Source: Mobula birostris (lineage: Eukaryota). From it: a DNA stretch of 64,000 nt. Both the position numbers and the translations under genes were made by a program. The stretch is from NCBI RefSeq assembly GCF_030028105.1, contig NC_092379.1:27583821-27647820 (forward strand). Reading direction: 5' to 3'. Positions 10,915 to 22,757 of the stretch are shown here, in pieces (the first letter of the stretch is position 1; the number at the start of each line of letters is the position of its first letter). The notes under the pieces are model-generated. The model saw only the letters and a program-made list of their open reading frames with translations. It searched no databases and was not told where the DNA came from.

Positions 10915-11562
10915 GTACTTCTTCCTAAAATGCTGCCTGGCCTGCTGCGTTCACCGGCAACTTTGATGTGTGTTGCTTTTGTTTAATTGATTTACTTTTT
11001 GCATCCGTATTTACTTCTTCAACGACAGTCTATTGAGGTGATCTAAAGCAGTAACGACATTAGTCACACCACGAAGATTACGCAGGACCAGGTGTTTGCT
11101 GTTTTGAAATAAAATAGAGTGATCAAATGTCTAATGGCTGACAAATTGTTCCGCAGGATCCTGCATAGGCATGTGCAGTAAATGCAGAGGCACTAGTAGA
11201 GGTATTTAAGTCATGAAAATGGAACTATTGTTTTTTTTTGGCTTAAGTGGAAAATAAACTCTCCATTGGCCTCCAACCGCGGTAAGATATTTATTTTAAC
11301 TGGCGTTTAGTCGGGTGGGATATTTGCTCCCGTCGTCATTCGCTCCTGATTTTTAGTCATCTACTGATCAGGTTTTGCTGATGCACCTTGTTTAAAGTCG
11401 AATTCCACTTCTTCCTTAGAGAGAGATCTTCGCCTTTATTAAATATCTGATTTTGTTTAGTTTCAATTCAACGTCGTCCTATACCAAGCGGTGCCAAATC
11501 CAACAGCATGGAGCATGGGACAGAGCTTTTGTACCGTGGACATGCATCTTATGGCCTTTGTG

Positions 11563-12190
11563 TTAGCAATAGTCTCCTATAGCTGACTTCTCCGGGTAGC
11601 GCAAAAGGTTGCATCTCCTACGCTGCTTGATGTGTGTTTCCACCGTATGGCCAATATTTCCATTGTTTCTTGAAGGATCGACAGGATCGTGAAGAAATAT
11701 TGCTGTAATGCCATCTGTAAATCCTGGAGGAATCTCAACGCGCTGTCCATGGGGATCAAAGATGACCTGTGACAGACTGCAGACGTTTCCAGGGTTCACT
11801 GTGAATCGGGAGAAGCGTATATTAGTAAATGGTGGCGTAGTCGGAAAGCCGCGCTAAGCATCGTCGGAACTGTATTTGTTTGGATCAAAATCAGCTGTCA
11901 TTGGATTGACTTCGGCGGCACGAATCTAATCTGCTGCGCCAGACGTGTTTAGGACCGCCTACTGAAGAAAGCCATTGAAATAAGACAAGACAAAGTAAGA
12001 ATGTTAACAAGGTGGAACAGCGGAAACCTGATTGGCTGAGGACTAACCAATTAAGAGGGACAGAAGGCCGGAGTATCGAAACTCACCGGAATAGACGTGC
12101 ATCGGTTTCAGCTTTATGAGGAGGTTGGAGTCTTTAATCGAAACATTGGTTAAAATCCATGCCTGTATCTGTCTTCAAGCCCAAAAATCA
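11563..12190. mobile_element. Decayed Penelope-like element (GIY-YIG remnants on both strands)
   Basis: Minus strand NIGHTVETHIKQRRRCNLLRYPEKSAIGDYC and plus strand VSRVHCESGEAYI at ~11786-11823 resemble the PLE endonuclease pattern IPCxCGxxYIGxTxRxxxxRIKEH. Confidence 0.55.
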
Positions 12191-12199
12191 GTTTATTTA

Positions 12200-13560
12200 T
12201 ATTTAAAATAGCCGTAGCAATAGGTGAGTCCCAGGGGTGGGTTAAAGGATAGTCTTTATGAAATGGTCTAGGCTAAGCCATGAAATTATAAATTGGTGAA
12301 TATGACACCAGTCATAACTAAAGACATTAGAGGTTATTCCAAGTACTATTTAACAGGGACTAGTTGGGGATAATCAGCATGGGTATTGCATGGTCCGTCG
12401 TATCTAAGCAATGTTGTAGAGTGCATAGAGGAAGTTAGCATGAATGTTGATGAATGGAAGGAAGTGGATGTAATCCAGATGAATATTATCTAGCAATAGC
12501 ATAGGGAACCGTATGGAGGATTTCCCCTACGATTCAGTGGCTTTGGATTCAATATGAGGTTGTAAACTGGATTATACATTGACTATATGGGAGCAGACAG
12601 AGGGTTGTAGTAGATGTTCGGGTCTCTGACTAGTGGCGTGCAGCAGAGATCGCTGCTAGTTCCGCTGTTGTTTATAATGGACATCAACAAACTGAATGAT
12701 AATAAGGTTTACTCGTTCAGCATCTTTGCAGACGGCACCAAGACTAGCGGAGTATTTGATAGACGGTAAGACTATAAAGGGTTGCAGCATGAACTGGGCC
12801 AACTGGAAAAATGGGCTGAAAATAGCAAATTAACTATACTGCAAACGCGTTTGAGCTGTTGCCCAATGGGTGGACCATCCATCTTCAACAAAGAGCGGTG
12901 CAAGAAGGAATGCTGCAAAATAAAATGATCTGGGAATAAAGGATAATAATTCATCATACATCAATATAATATGTACAGCTCTTGAGATGCTTGAAGTTAT
13001 GTAAAAAGTTAATGAGGCCTAAATTTGAATATTGCGTGCAGTCTAGGTCACCAACCTAGAGGAAATGCGTATTACAGTTTGGCAGAGTATAGGGATAATC
13101 TACAATGTGCATACCGAGACTGAAGGAGTTGGTTTTATGTACACTACTTGAATAGGTTAGATCGTTATTCCCTAGAAAGTGGAAGACTGAGAAGAGTTTT
13201 TGTCAAGTATACAAAAATGAGCAGGTGATCGATAAGAAAATTCATACAGGCTATTTAACTAAATGTGTATGAGACAACAGTAAGAGCTCATGTGTGCAGG
13301 ATGAATAGTTAAATGTTTAAGAGGAACATGAGCGTAAACTTCTTTTTAAATCACAATGTAGTTAGATTGTGGAACACGCTGCCAGCACAAGTCGTGAATG
13401 CGATTTGGACTAAAATACTTAAGGCATGTTTTTTAGATCATTACATGTATGGTAGGTTACAGGGGTCATATTCCGTGTACGGGTTGATAGGTTTACAGGG
13501 ACAGAATGGGTCGAAGGAACTGATCCTGTTTTGCAGTTTCCTGTGACTCTAGCGTTGTAT
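12200..13560 (+). mobile_element. Highly decayed CR1 LINE
   Basis: Remnants of SGVPQGS, FADGTR, LGQLEKWAEN, RPxLEYCVQ and VVRLWNTLP motifs with many stops. Confidence 0.75.
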
Positions 13561-14094
13561 GACTCATGTTGTGACCTTTTCCACAGAGAATGTTGCCTGG
13601 GATATGCTTTACGGACATAGAAACTGTTGGGGAATAAAGAGGTTTTTTAGATTGGAAGGTGGGTATTCCGAGAAGAAAATGGAGATGTTAAGACCAAATG
13701 AGATAATTGAATTTGGAGTTGTTACGTGAATTTGCTTCGCTTGTCACCGTTGTTGATGTGCCTGACCTCGTGCTGTTATTTCTATGTTTATATCCTATGA
13801 CAACAAAATACTGGAGACATGCATCCGTTTAAGTACTAACATTGGGAGGAGGAAGATCATTGATGTTTTATGTGGAAGATGCTTCGTTGGAAATAACTAT
13901 TATTGGGTAACTGCTTAATGGATGTCTGCAAAAACGCGTAGTCAGTTGTGGCATATTGTGCCCTCTTGTGTCTTTTGGCGGCTGGGAGCAGATGCTCTTC
14001 GCACCTCATAGGCGAAGGGAAACACCGACACAAGTATGCAATTCTCACACAAACACACCGAGTCAGAGCTAGTTAGAGTTAAATATTCAATCAT

Positions 14095-14102
14095 ATGCAA
14101 AT
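14095..14102 (+). promoter_or_regulatory. Octamer motif ATGCAAAT
   Basis: Perfect octamer in context tcatATGCAAATgagg in non-repeat sequence; no associated exon identified. Confidence 0.3.
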
Positions 14103-15337
14103 GAGGTATGCGCTGTTAAGAACAGGAAGGCAGTGACACAAATTCAGAAAATGTGGCATGCGCACGACAATTAAAGGAAAATTAAATACAGAGGTTCGAA
14201 CAGTAATTGTGACCACAGAAAGTGAATAAAGCCAATAAATCTAATAATTCAATTGAATTATTTATCAGCATCGAGATCTCAAACTAACACTGCCAATTAA
14301 CATTACCAAATGCTTTTCCTTTTCTGCTTGCACATGCAATTCAACTTACATTATCTCCCAAATCTACTCCCGCGTAAATCCGCTTCCTGACAGTACCTCT
14401 CTGTCATCGTATACTACTCTTCAGTATGAAATGCTATCGCAATCCGTAGTTGTCTCTGCAATTCCACACTTTATACTGATCACCTTCTTTCTTAAATCGT
14501 CCTTCGCTTTCAGTGCCTCAAATAGAAAAGGAGACCTTTCTGTTCCTGAACGATTCTCTTTGATGCAATGCGTTATTACAGCAGATAGATTGTTTCTGCA
14601 GATTTCGTCAAGATTCAGTACCGTTTTTCTCCAATAATTTGGTGGACTGCACTATCTATGCGTCTAATAATCCAGCCTCTTGTGCTGGCACTTAACGTCT
14701 AAAGCTTGCAGCATCCGGGTAAGCCCCCTATTCTGTCGCGCAGTTTCTTCAGCATATACCTGCAGAGTTCCGAAGAGGGTGAAGAGGATGTTAACAAGAT
14801 ATACGTTATGTTCTGGAACATAGATTTAAAACGCCAGATGTGGTCAGATAAGGAGGGGAGTGACGGTGAAGAGACAGCAAAGTCATTGTTAGAGTGTGAT
14901 TACTAAGAGGTTCCAGATGCTGGACATTAACATGTGAAAAGGATGATGTGGCATCAAATAAAGTAAATGTAGAGTTCCCATGAAAACAGATTTGAGAATT
15001 CAATAAAACTCGTCTGGGAGGATAGTAGCAGCAAGGAGATATTATGTGCGCTGGAAGGAACAAACGGAGTGCGGGTTTCCTGAATAGATAACTTGTTTTT
15101 CGAGAGGTGATAATAATGTCTTTCAGGTAAAATCAATCATAAATTCTTATTTTCGGATTAAACTGAGACTGACAGTTTATAGAATTTCTCGCGCGATTGC
15201 TTTGTTTCCTGTTTTTACTGAATATTAGTTTCCCCACAGGTATCAAGTCAATTACTGGACTTCCGTAGTATTTCGATGTTTAAAATATGGAATCTATTTC
15301 TGCAGTACATTAAATGGAAAACTCCCACACAAACATT

Positions 15338-15352
15338 CCACCAGAGGGCAGC
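15338..15352 (+). promoter_or_regulatory. Candidate CTCF-binding element
   Basis: CCACCAGAGGGCAGC matches the vertebrate CTCF core consensus CCASYAGRKGGCRS. Confidence 0.55.
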
Positions 15353-15589
15353 AAATGATTAGCAGCCGGTGGGACTCATTCCGTTGTTCTTTCGGAGCCT
15401 GCAATGAGTCTTGTGTTCAGGATTTTGCACTATCACCGTGATAGCGCAGTTTTGATTCCAGGTCAGTAAGGTTTGGCAATGAATATTATATTTAATGCCT
15501 TTTCCGGAGCTAAAATGCAATTCACAAAACCCAGCTTCGCGCATGCACTCTATTTTTAGATTACCGCTGCCAAGTGTAATGCCACTTCT

Positions 15590-18500
15590 GTATTTTTTTT
15601 AATTGAAGTTCATCATCAATCAAAACTTTCCGTAAGGTGTATTTCAGATACTGTACATGTACATCATATAGTAATATTTGTCACTGGTCTCCAGGTAATA
15701 TTTATCTGAGGTATACACTTATAGAAAGGAGACGAAAGAAAGAACAATCGAAAGAAGAAAACAATGTACAAAGTAGGGAATGATCTTTTTTTTAGAACAT
15801 ATTCATTGACTTGTGAGAATAAAATCAGGGCTATGAGGCTCTGTATTTAAACCATTTTTCCCAGTATGAATCAAATGCTTCCAACTTATGATTAACAGAT
15901 GTTGTTATCTATTCTATTTTGTAAATGTCCATTGCAAGTTCCATCCAGACATTGAATGTTGGGCTGTCCTGTGATAACCATTTCCTTGTAAAGGTCTTTT
16001 TACCAGCCACCAGCAGTATATTCATTAAATATCTATCTCTTTTCAGCCATTCTTGAGGTATATACCCAAAATATATGGTCTTACTTTCAAAGGGTATTTC
16101 ACATTTGAGGATGTCTTGCAGGCCATTGTGTATCTCATTCCGTTAGACTTTGATAACGGGGCGTTCCCAGGAAATATAATGACGGTTTGCATTTTTATTT
16201 CCATAATTTCTGCAACACACAGGGTGGTTACAATCATAATGAGATTTCTGAGGGGGGGGGGAAATGTCACGTCAAGTTTTTCCATCCGTACTCTCTCCAC
16301 TTCTGTGAGCTAGTGCACTTCCATTGATCCCTCTATATTATTGTCCATTCTTCCTCAGATATTATTATCCTCCCTTCCTTCTCCCATTTTGTTTTAATGT
16401 ATGAAATTGAATGTGTTTGAAGATTTCAGTTACACTTGAAATTATTTTGCTACCGTTGCCTGAATTACATGCTTTTTAAAATAGCTATATCAAACATGTG
16501 CTTGCCTTGGTTACATTTTAACCGTCCCATTAACATACTGTCGCATCTGTAAATATCGATAACAGTCTTGTTTTTATTTTCCAATAAGTGTTCCTCTTTC
16601 AGCATTTCAAAACTGAACAGTGCTCCTTCTTTAATTAAATTGCAAATAGCTGTTATTCCTTTAGCTGCCCAGTCCTTAAATCTAGCATCCAGTTTGTTCG
16701 GCGTAAAATCCGAGTCATATGCACACCATTTAAGAATTCCAATGTCTGTGTCTAGTTTATATTCAAGTATAATAGTTTTTCATATTTATAGTATTTATGT
16801 AACTTTGTGGGTTGTTATCGAACAAAATTGCCTTTATAAGGATGGAAAGTATCCTCTCGTCAATGTATTTCCATTGAGCGTCATATGATAGATTGCACCA
16901 ATATATCAAAGCCCTCAAGTGTGCTGCAAAACAGTAATCTCTCAGAGAATACTATTCCTTGACTAATTGCATAGTTTTGAGACGAACTCCAGGCATTTTA
17001 CCTTGCCATATATATGTTGATAGCATAGTGTTCCTTTCCTTGAATTGATTTTCGTTAATATCTATAGGTAGGGTCTGAAAGAGATATAGTAGTCAGGGTA
17101 GTATGTTAATTTCAATACATTCAATCCTTGATCTGAAACTAAGAAAAGCAATTACGTTCTATCTTGTGATATCTTCAATATTTTTATATATGGGCTGATG
17201 ATTGCATTCTGATAGTTTTATCAAACCTTTCGGCATAATGATGCCCAAATATTTGACAGATTCTGTTTGCCATGCCAAAGGAAATATACTTTTGAATTAC
17301 TCTTGCTGGGCTATAGTTATATGAAAGCAGTTGGATTTAATCTATGTTAATATTGTTCTTGATAATTGGCCATATTGTTCAAAGGATCGCATCAATTTAG
17401 GTAAAGAGTATGTTGGTTGCCCTAGGTAGATCAAAATGTCATCAGCGTAGCAGGCCAATTTATGCTCTATCCCTTTAATAGTAAGTTCCCTAATATCTTC
17501 ATGTTGTCTGATGTATTGAGCTAATGGACGCAGACATAATGCGACGAGTAGCGCTGACCATGCACAATCCTGTTTCGTGCCCCTTTCAAGAGTAAAACTC
17601 TTAAACAAATATCCATTGATTTTAATTCTAGCAGTAGTATTGTCGTATAGTGCTTGTATAGTTTTAACAATTATGTCAGAAAGAACAAATCTATGCAAAG
17701 CGCTGTAACGAGAATTCCAATTAACCAAACCAAATGCCTTTTCAGCGTCCACGCTTATGACTATTGTTTCAATTTCATTTTATATGATCCATAATGTGAA
17801 GTGTCCTTCGTATATTGTCTTGTGTTTGGCGTTGTTGTATAAAACCTGTCTGATCATTATGTATCCGTGTCGGTAGAAATTCTTCTAATTGTTTGACCAT
17901 GATGGAGATAAATATTCTATAATCCACATTCAAAACAGATATTGGTCAAAATGACCCTTATTCCATTTTATCCTTGGCTTCTTTCCGTATAGCTGAGATT
18001 AGCACTTCCTTCCAGCTGAGTGGTATTTGTGCCCTTCTTAGAGCCCAGTTCAGTATGAGGTGTAAAACAGGAGTTACCTCACTTCTATCTTCCTTACAGC
18101 ACTCTACCGTATATGCATCAGATGCTGGTGACTTACTTAATTTAAGCTTACTAATTGAATTGTTTTACTTCAGCTTCAGTTATGGCAGCAGTCATCGCTC
18201 TATTTTGTCTTTGCTTAAAATGCGTAACTCTAAAGAATTCAGGAATGTTTCATCCGGGCTATGCTTCCCCCTGGAGCATTGAACCACCACACTGAGCAGT
18301 GGTGCTTCACAAGGCTGTGTACTCAGCCTTCTGCAGTACTCACTGTACACCCATGATTGTGTAGCCAAGTTTCCATCGAACTCAATATATAAGTTTGCTG
18401 ATGACGCCACAACTGTAGGCCGTATCTCGGGTAATCATGAGTTTGAGTACAGAAAAGAAATTAACAACCTGGTGGCATGGTGCCAAGACAATAACCTATC

Positions 18501-21500
18501 GCTCAATGTCAACAAGACGAAGGAGTTGGTTGCTGACTTCAGAAGGAGTAGCGCACCGCATGACCCCATTTACACCAGTGGTACGCAAGTGGAACGGGTC
18601 AAAAGATTTAAGTTCCTCGGGATCAATATCACAAATGACCTGACTTGGTCTAATCAAGCAGAGTCCACTGCCAAGAAGGCCCACCAGCGCCTTTACTTCC
18701 TGAGGAAGCTAAGGAAATTTGGCCTGTCCCATAAAACCCTCACTATTTGTTTTTATAGATGCACCGTAGAAAGCATTCTTCTGGCGTGCATGACAGCCTG
18801 GTATGGAAGTTGTCCTGTCCGAGACCGGAAGAAGCTGCAGAAGATCGTGAACACAGCCCAGCACATTACACACACCAACCTTCCATCCTTGGACTCACTT
18901 AACACCGCACGCTGTCGGAGCAGTGCTGGCAGTATCATCAAGGACACGACCCACCCAGCCAACGCACTTATCGTCCCTCTTCCATCCCGGAGAACGCTCA
19001 GGAGATTGACGACTCATACGACTAGATTTGGGAGCAGCTTCTTTCCAACTTTGATAAAACTGCTGAATCGATCCTGACTCGGATCTGGGCCATACCCTCC
19101 AAATATCTGGACCTGCCTCTCTTTTTTTTTTGTTTGCTTGTTTGTTTGTTTGTTTTTTTTTGCACTACCTTACTTTCCCTTTGCTATTTTCTATTTATGA
19201 TTTACAATTTAAATTTTTCATATTTACTATCAATTTGTAATCCAGGGAGCGGGAAGCGCAGAATCAAATATCGCTATGATGATTGTACGCTCTAGTATAA
19301 ACTGTTTAGCGACAATAAAGTATAATGTAGAAAGTAAAGTACAGAGTTTTCTAAAACATTTCAAAAGCTTCTTGAATGTCACCTAGCCTATTTCTTATGA
19401 CTTTTGTTCTTCGATCCCTAATTATATGAATTGTATTTTCTGCTATCTTTGTTTTCCAGTTTCGTCGCCAGTATTTTCATAGATTTAGATCCACTTTCAT
19501 ACTGTCTATGTTTCAGAAATATTTTTTTTACAATTTCTTGTGTAGCCAAAGTAGTAATTTCATTGTTTTGTTTTAATTTCCTTTTGTGTATCCAGTGCCA
19601 AAATCAATTTGTGTTTTTTTTCTAGTTCTTTCATCTTATTTTGTAATTCCGCCAATAATTTATTCCTTGTTTTTTTTTTTTCTTATATGAGGGTATCACT
19701 ATAATTTACCCTGTTAAGACAGCCTTCATAGTATCCCATGGAATGTTAGGTGAAACCTCTCCATTATCATTGAATTCTAAGTAAAGCGCATTTTTTCTTC
19801 AATTTGTTCCTTAAAATAGTAATCAATGAGTAGACTTGAATTTAGCTTCCAAATATTATTCTTTAGTTGTAGGTCAAAATCAACGGGTAAGTATATCGGT
19901 GCATGGTCACTTACATCTATTGTCCCAATTCCACATTTGTTTATTTTGTCTTTATCTTTTCCAAATGTTAGGAAATAGTCTATTCTTGTATATACGGAAC
20001 AGGGAGGAATAACAAGTGTAATCGATTGTGTCTGGGAAAAGATCCCTCCATATATCAATAAGACCAACATCCTCAAAAAGAGTGTGAACTTTATTACGTA
20101 AGGGCATTTTTCATAGGTTTTTTCCATTGGAAGAGTCTAATTTTGCTTGTAATTGTAAATTTAAGTCTCCCACACATATCAAGATACCTTCTCTTTCCGT
20201 TACCATAATATTGGTAATTTTCTGGAAGAAACTAAGATCACTTTCTGGGTGTGTGTATATACTCAATAAAGTAACTGTATTTCCGTCCATATTCCCCCTT
20301 ACCAGAATATATCTGCCCTCTATATCTCCCATTCCGAATACCTTTTCAAAATTTAGCTTGGTTGAGATACGAATAATAAAACCTCCTCGATGTCCTGATT
20401 TATATGAGAAAAAAAATATTAATGAAGCCTATTCCCTTTATTTTTTTTTTCCATGCTCATTTTCATTTAAGTGAGTTCCTGTAAAAATGGGGTTGCTCTT
20501 TTTTATCATATTGGATAGAATTTTACTTTGTTTGATTGAGTTTAACAGCCCATTGACATTAAAAGAAATGAATTTTACTTTGTCCTTAGCCGTGTGTATT
20601 TATCTGTTAGTATATCATTGAAATTTGCAGAATATAACTGTATGGAACTAGTCTCTGAACAAGTAAGAATCAAGAAACACGAATAACCAAAAAAAAAGGT
20701 AACAAAGGTGTGATTCCAAGGCTGGGGTCTCTAGATGACCCTGGGTTCAGCTAGAGGACACGCCTAGCCGTGGGGGATAGTCCCTCCCACCAGTTGAGTT
20801 GAGAACCCCCGCTGCAGTACCTATAAAATTAAGTAAAAAAAAATCTATGTTCATTACACAGAAATTATTGATCTGTGTATTCCTCCCATATATGTATTCT
20901 CATTTAGTTGGGGGAAAAAAGAGTGAATGAATGAACAAAAACACGCAGTAATAGAAAAATCCAATTTATAATACGTTATTCCTTGAGATAGGAATATCAC
21001 CGATTATTTTTGCTTCTGTTTAGTTTATCAGCACTATTAAAGTTAACCAAACCTCATGGCTGTTCTGGAGGAGGTGAGGGCTGTCTTTCGAAATCCACAG
21101 TCTCTGTCTAATACCCTTCTCTCGCGCTGCTTCCGTCCTCTGTTTTCTCGGTTCTCTTACTATTTCCCCAGCAGATGGGGATAACTGCTGAGCCAGACTT
21201 TCCCTTGGTTTTAACACGCTAACGTGCAGTCCTCTGTTGTTCATGTCTGTAGTCGCTCCTACCACTCTCTGACATAGCTTCGTCTTTCCTTCGTAAAATA
21301 ATCTCAGTTTAGCAGGGAACGGGGTTTGGAATTTGATCTTCTCTTTCTGTAAAATTCGTTTCGCTTCGGAATATTCCTTCTGTTTCTATGGGACCGCCGG
21401 GGAGTAATCATGATCGAAATATATTAACTTCCAGTTCCAAAGCACCCTCTTCTTACCACAGGCCCTTCGTAGAATCACCGCCTTGCTCTTAAGTCGAATA

Positions 21501-22200
21501 AATCTTAGTACTATAGAGCACGGATAACTTTCTCGGTCTCCGGGAGGCCTTGGAACGAGCGCACGATGCGCCTTCTCAATTTAAATCTCCATAGTCGAGG
21601 GAATCTCCAGCGCTTCCCGCAGCAGCTTTTCCACTAAGTCTATCATCGGCAATCCTTCGGCTCCTTCGGGAATATTATACATCCTGATATTTTTCTGTCA
21701 CGGTGTTCCCTCCTGGTCAATCAATTTACTTTCCTGTAGATATAATATTTTTATCGCCTTACTTAGTTACTGTTCTACATTTCGCACACGATCTTTCGCG
21801 TTCTCAATTTGAGTCTCTGCCACCGCTATTTTCTGACTGAGGTTGGCGAGCTCTGACTTGATATCATTTAGTTGCTCTTTATATCTTTTTAGACTTTCCT
21901 TATCTCTTCCACAATCTTTATCATATTTGCCGCTTCGCCTGAACATGTCCTCGCGTGTTTCACGTCCCTCTTCCCTAGGCTCCTAAGTGATGTTTTTTTT
22001 TTAAAACAAATCTCCATTCTTTTTCCCTATACTTGCTCCCCTTATCAATTCAGATATTTTCGAAAAATCTTGTATTTGATGGATTAAAGGGGCAAGGAGT
22101 TGTTGATTTAAGTTGCCATTCTGGACGATGACGTCACCGGACCCCCAATCTCTGCCCTTCTTGTTTATTTTTAGTTGGCTTTTGATGGATTTTAATAGCG
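15590..22200 (-). mobile_element. L1/Tx1-type LINE, near full length but decayed
   Basis: Poly-T (3' poly-A) at ~15590. RT motifs DAEKAF, ERGTKQDC and YADDILIYL (17342-17752). Endonuclease motifs GDLNLQL and TRIDYFL...SDHAPI (19777-20332). ORF2 start region xAKDKVKFISFNVNGLLN near 20592. ORF1 transposase-22-like remnant DHDYSPAVP...KIKFQTPFPAKLRLF at ~21300-21420. Confidence 0.85.
18249..19338 (+). mobile_element. Rex1/Babar-type LINE nested in the L1
   Basis: KFADDATTVGRISG, AWCQDNNLSLNVNKTKELVADFRR, FKFLGINIT and KKAHQRLYFLRKLRKFG (ORF 18472-19077); interrupts L1 ORF2 in the opposite orientation. Confidence 0.88.
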
Positions 22201-22393
22201 TCCCAAGCAATCAACTACCAATCACATATGTATCCCGGGCATCCCATATCTGACACCCAGTACAGAAGAACGGCCACACAGACACACTTCCTATTAATAT
22301 TCTTCACAAGTAATTATCCGTCCTCTAACCGTTATAGCTGAAGCCCCGTTGAGCCGCAGACCTCTCACGCTGACTCCCTCTATTCCCTCGCCC

Positions 22394-22757
22394 TGTCACT
22401 TCGGTCCGGATATGACCCAAGTGTGGAGTGAGAGACACTGGTCGATCGTTCACAGACTTTAATTATAACATTCTCAAAAGTGAAACCAAGCCGACACTGC
22501 GGCCGAAGAGAATAGCAAACTTTCAACGAATACCGGCAGTCCTCAGAGTCAGTTGACTTTGAAAGTCCAATGGCTCAGAGAAGGCCGGATGCAAGAAGCA
22601 GCGAAGCTTTGTTATCTTCTTTCCAAGTTTCGACAAACACAACGACGACAAGAGTGTAGTTAAATAATATCACAAATCAATAATAATTACCTGCCACGTG
22701 CAAATTCACAAGCGTAATTGCCGCATCTACTGCGCAGCTGAATCTATGGCTGCGACA
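22394..22757 (-). repeat. 3' LTR of the Gypsy element (364 bp)
   Basis: Minus strand begins TGTCGC directly after the polypurine tract (22758-22768) and ends ...cacttgggtc...GTGACA; ATTAAA near the end. Confidence 0.75.

Larger units (their letters stand above)
9931..10976 (+). mobile_element. Penelope-like element, 5'-truncated, with inverted pLTR
   Basis: The centre encodes a GIY-YIG C-terminal tail (PVATHFNSTSNSHSDMSMHGILYCKDEATLRLEEQQLIFRLDSLQPDGMNIDFSNFR*, ending 10579). About 400-nt inverted arms at ~9945-10372 and ~10578-10976. 12-bp flanking duplication ttttgtttaatt at 9919-9930 and 10977-10988. Confidence 0.8.

Noticed and set aside
12110-12150. Possible hammerhead in the old PLE remnant (tttatgagg...cgaaac)
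   Set aside because: CUGANGA box and stems are not recoverable.
14431-14700. SVPERFSL...LFLQISS resembling a V-domain C-terminal half
   Set aside because: No Cys23, WYxQ, YYC, leader or RSS.
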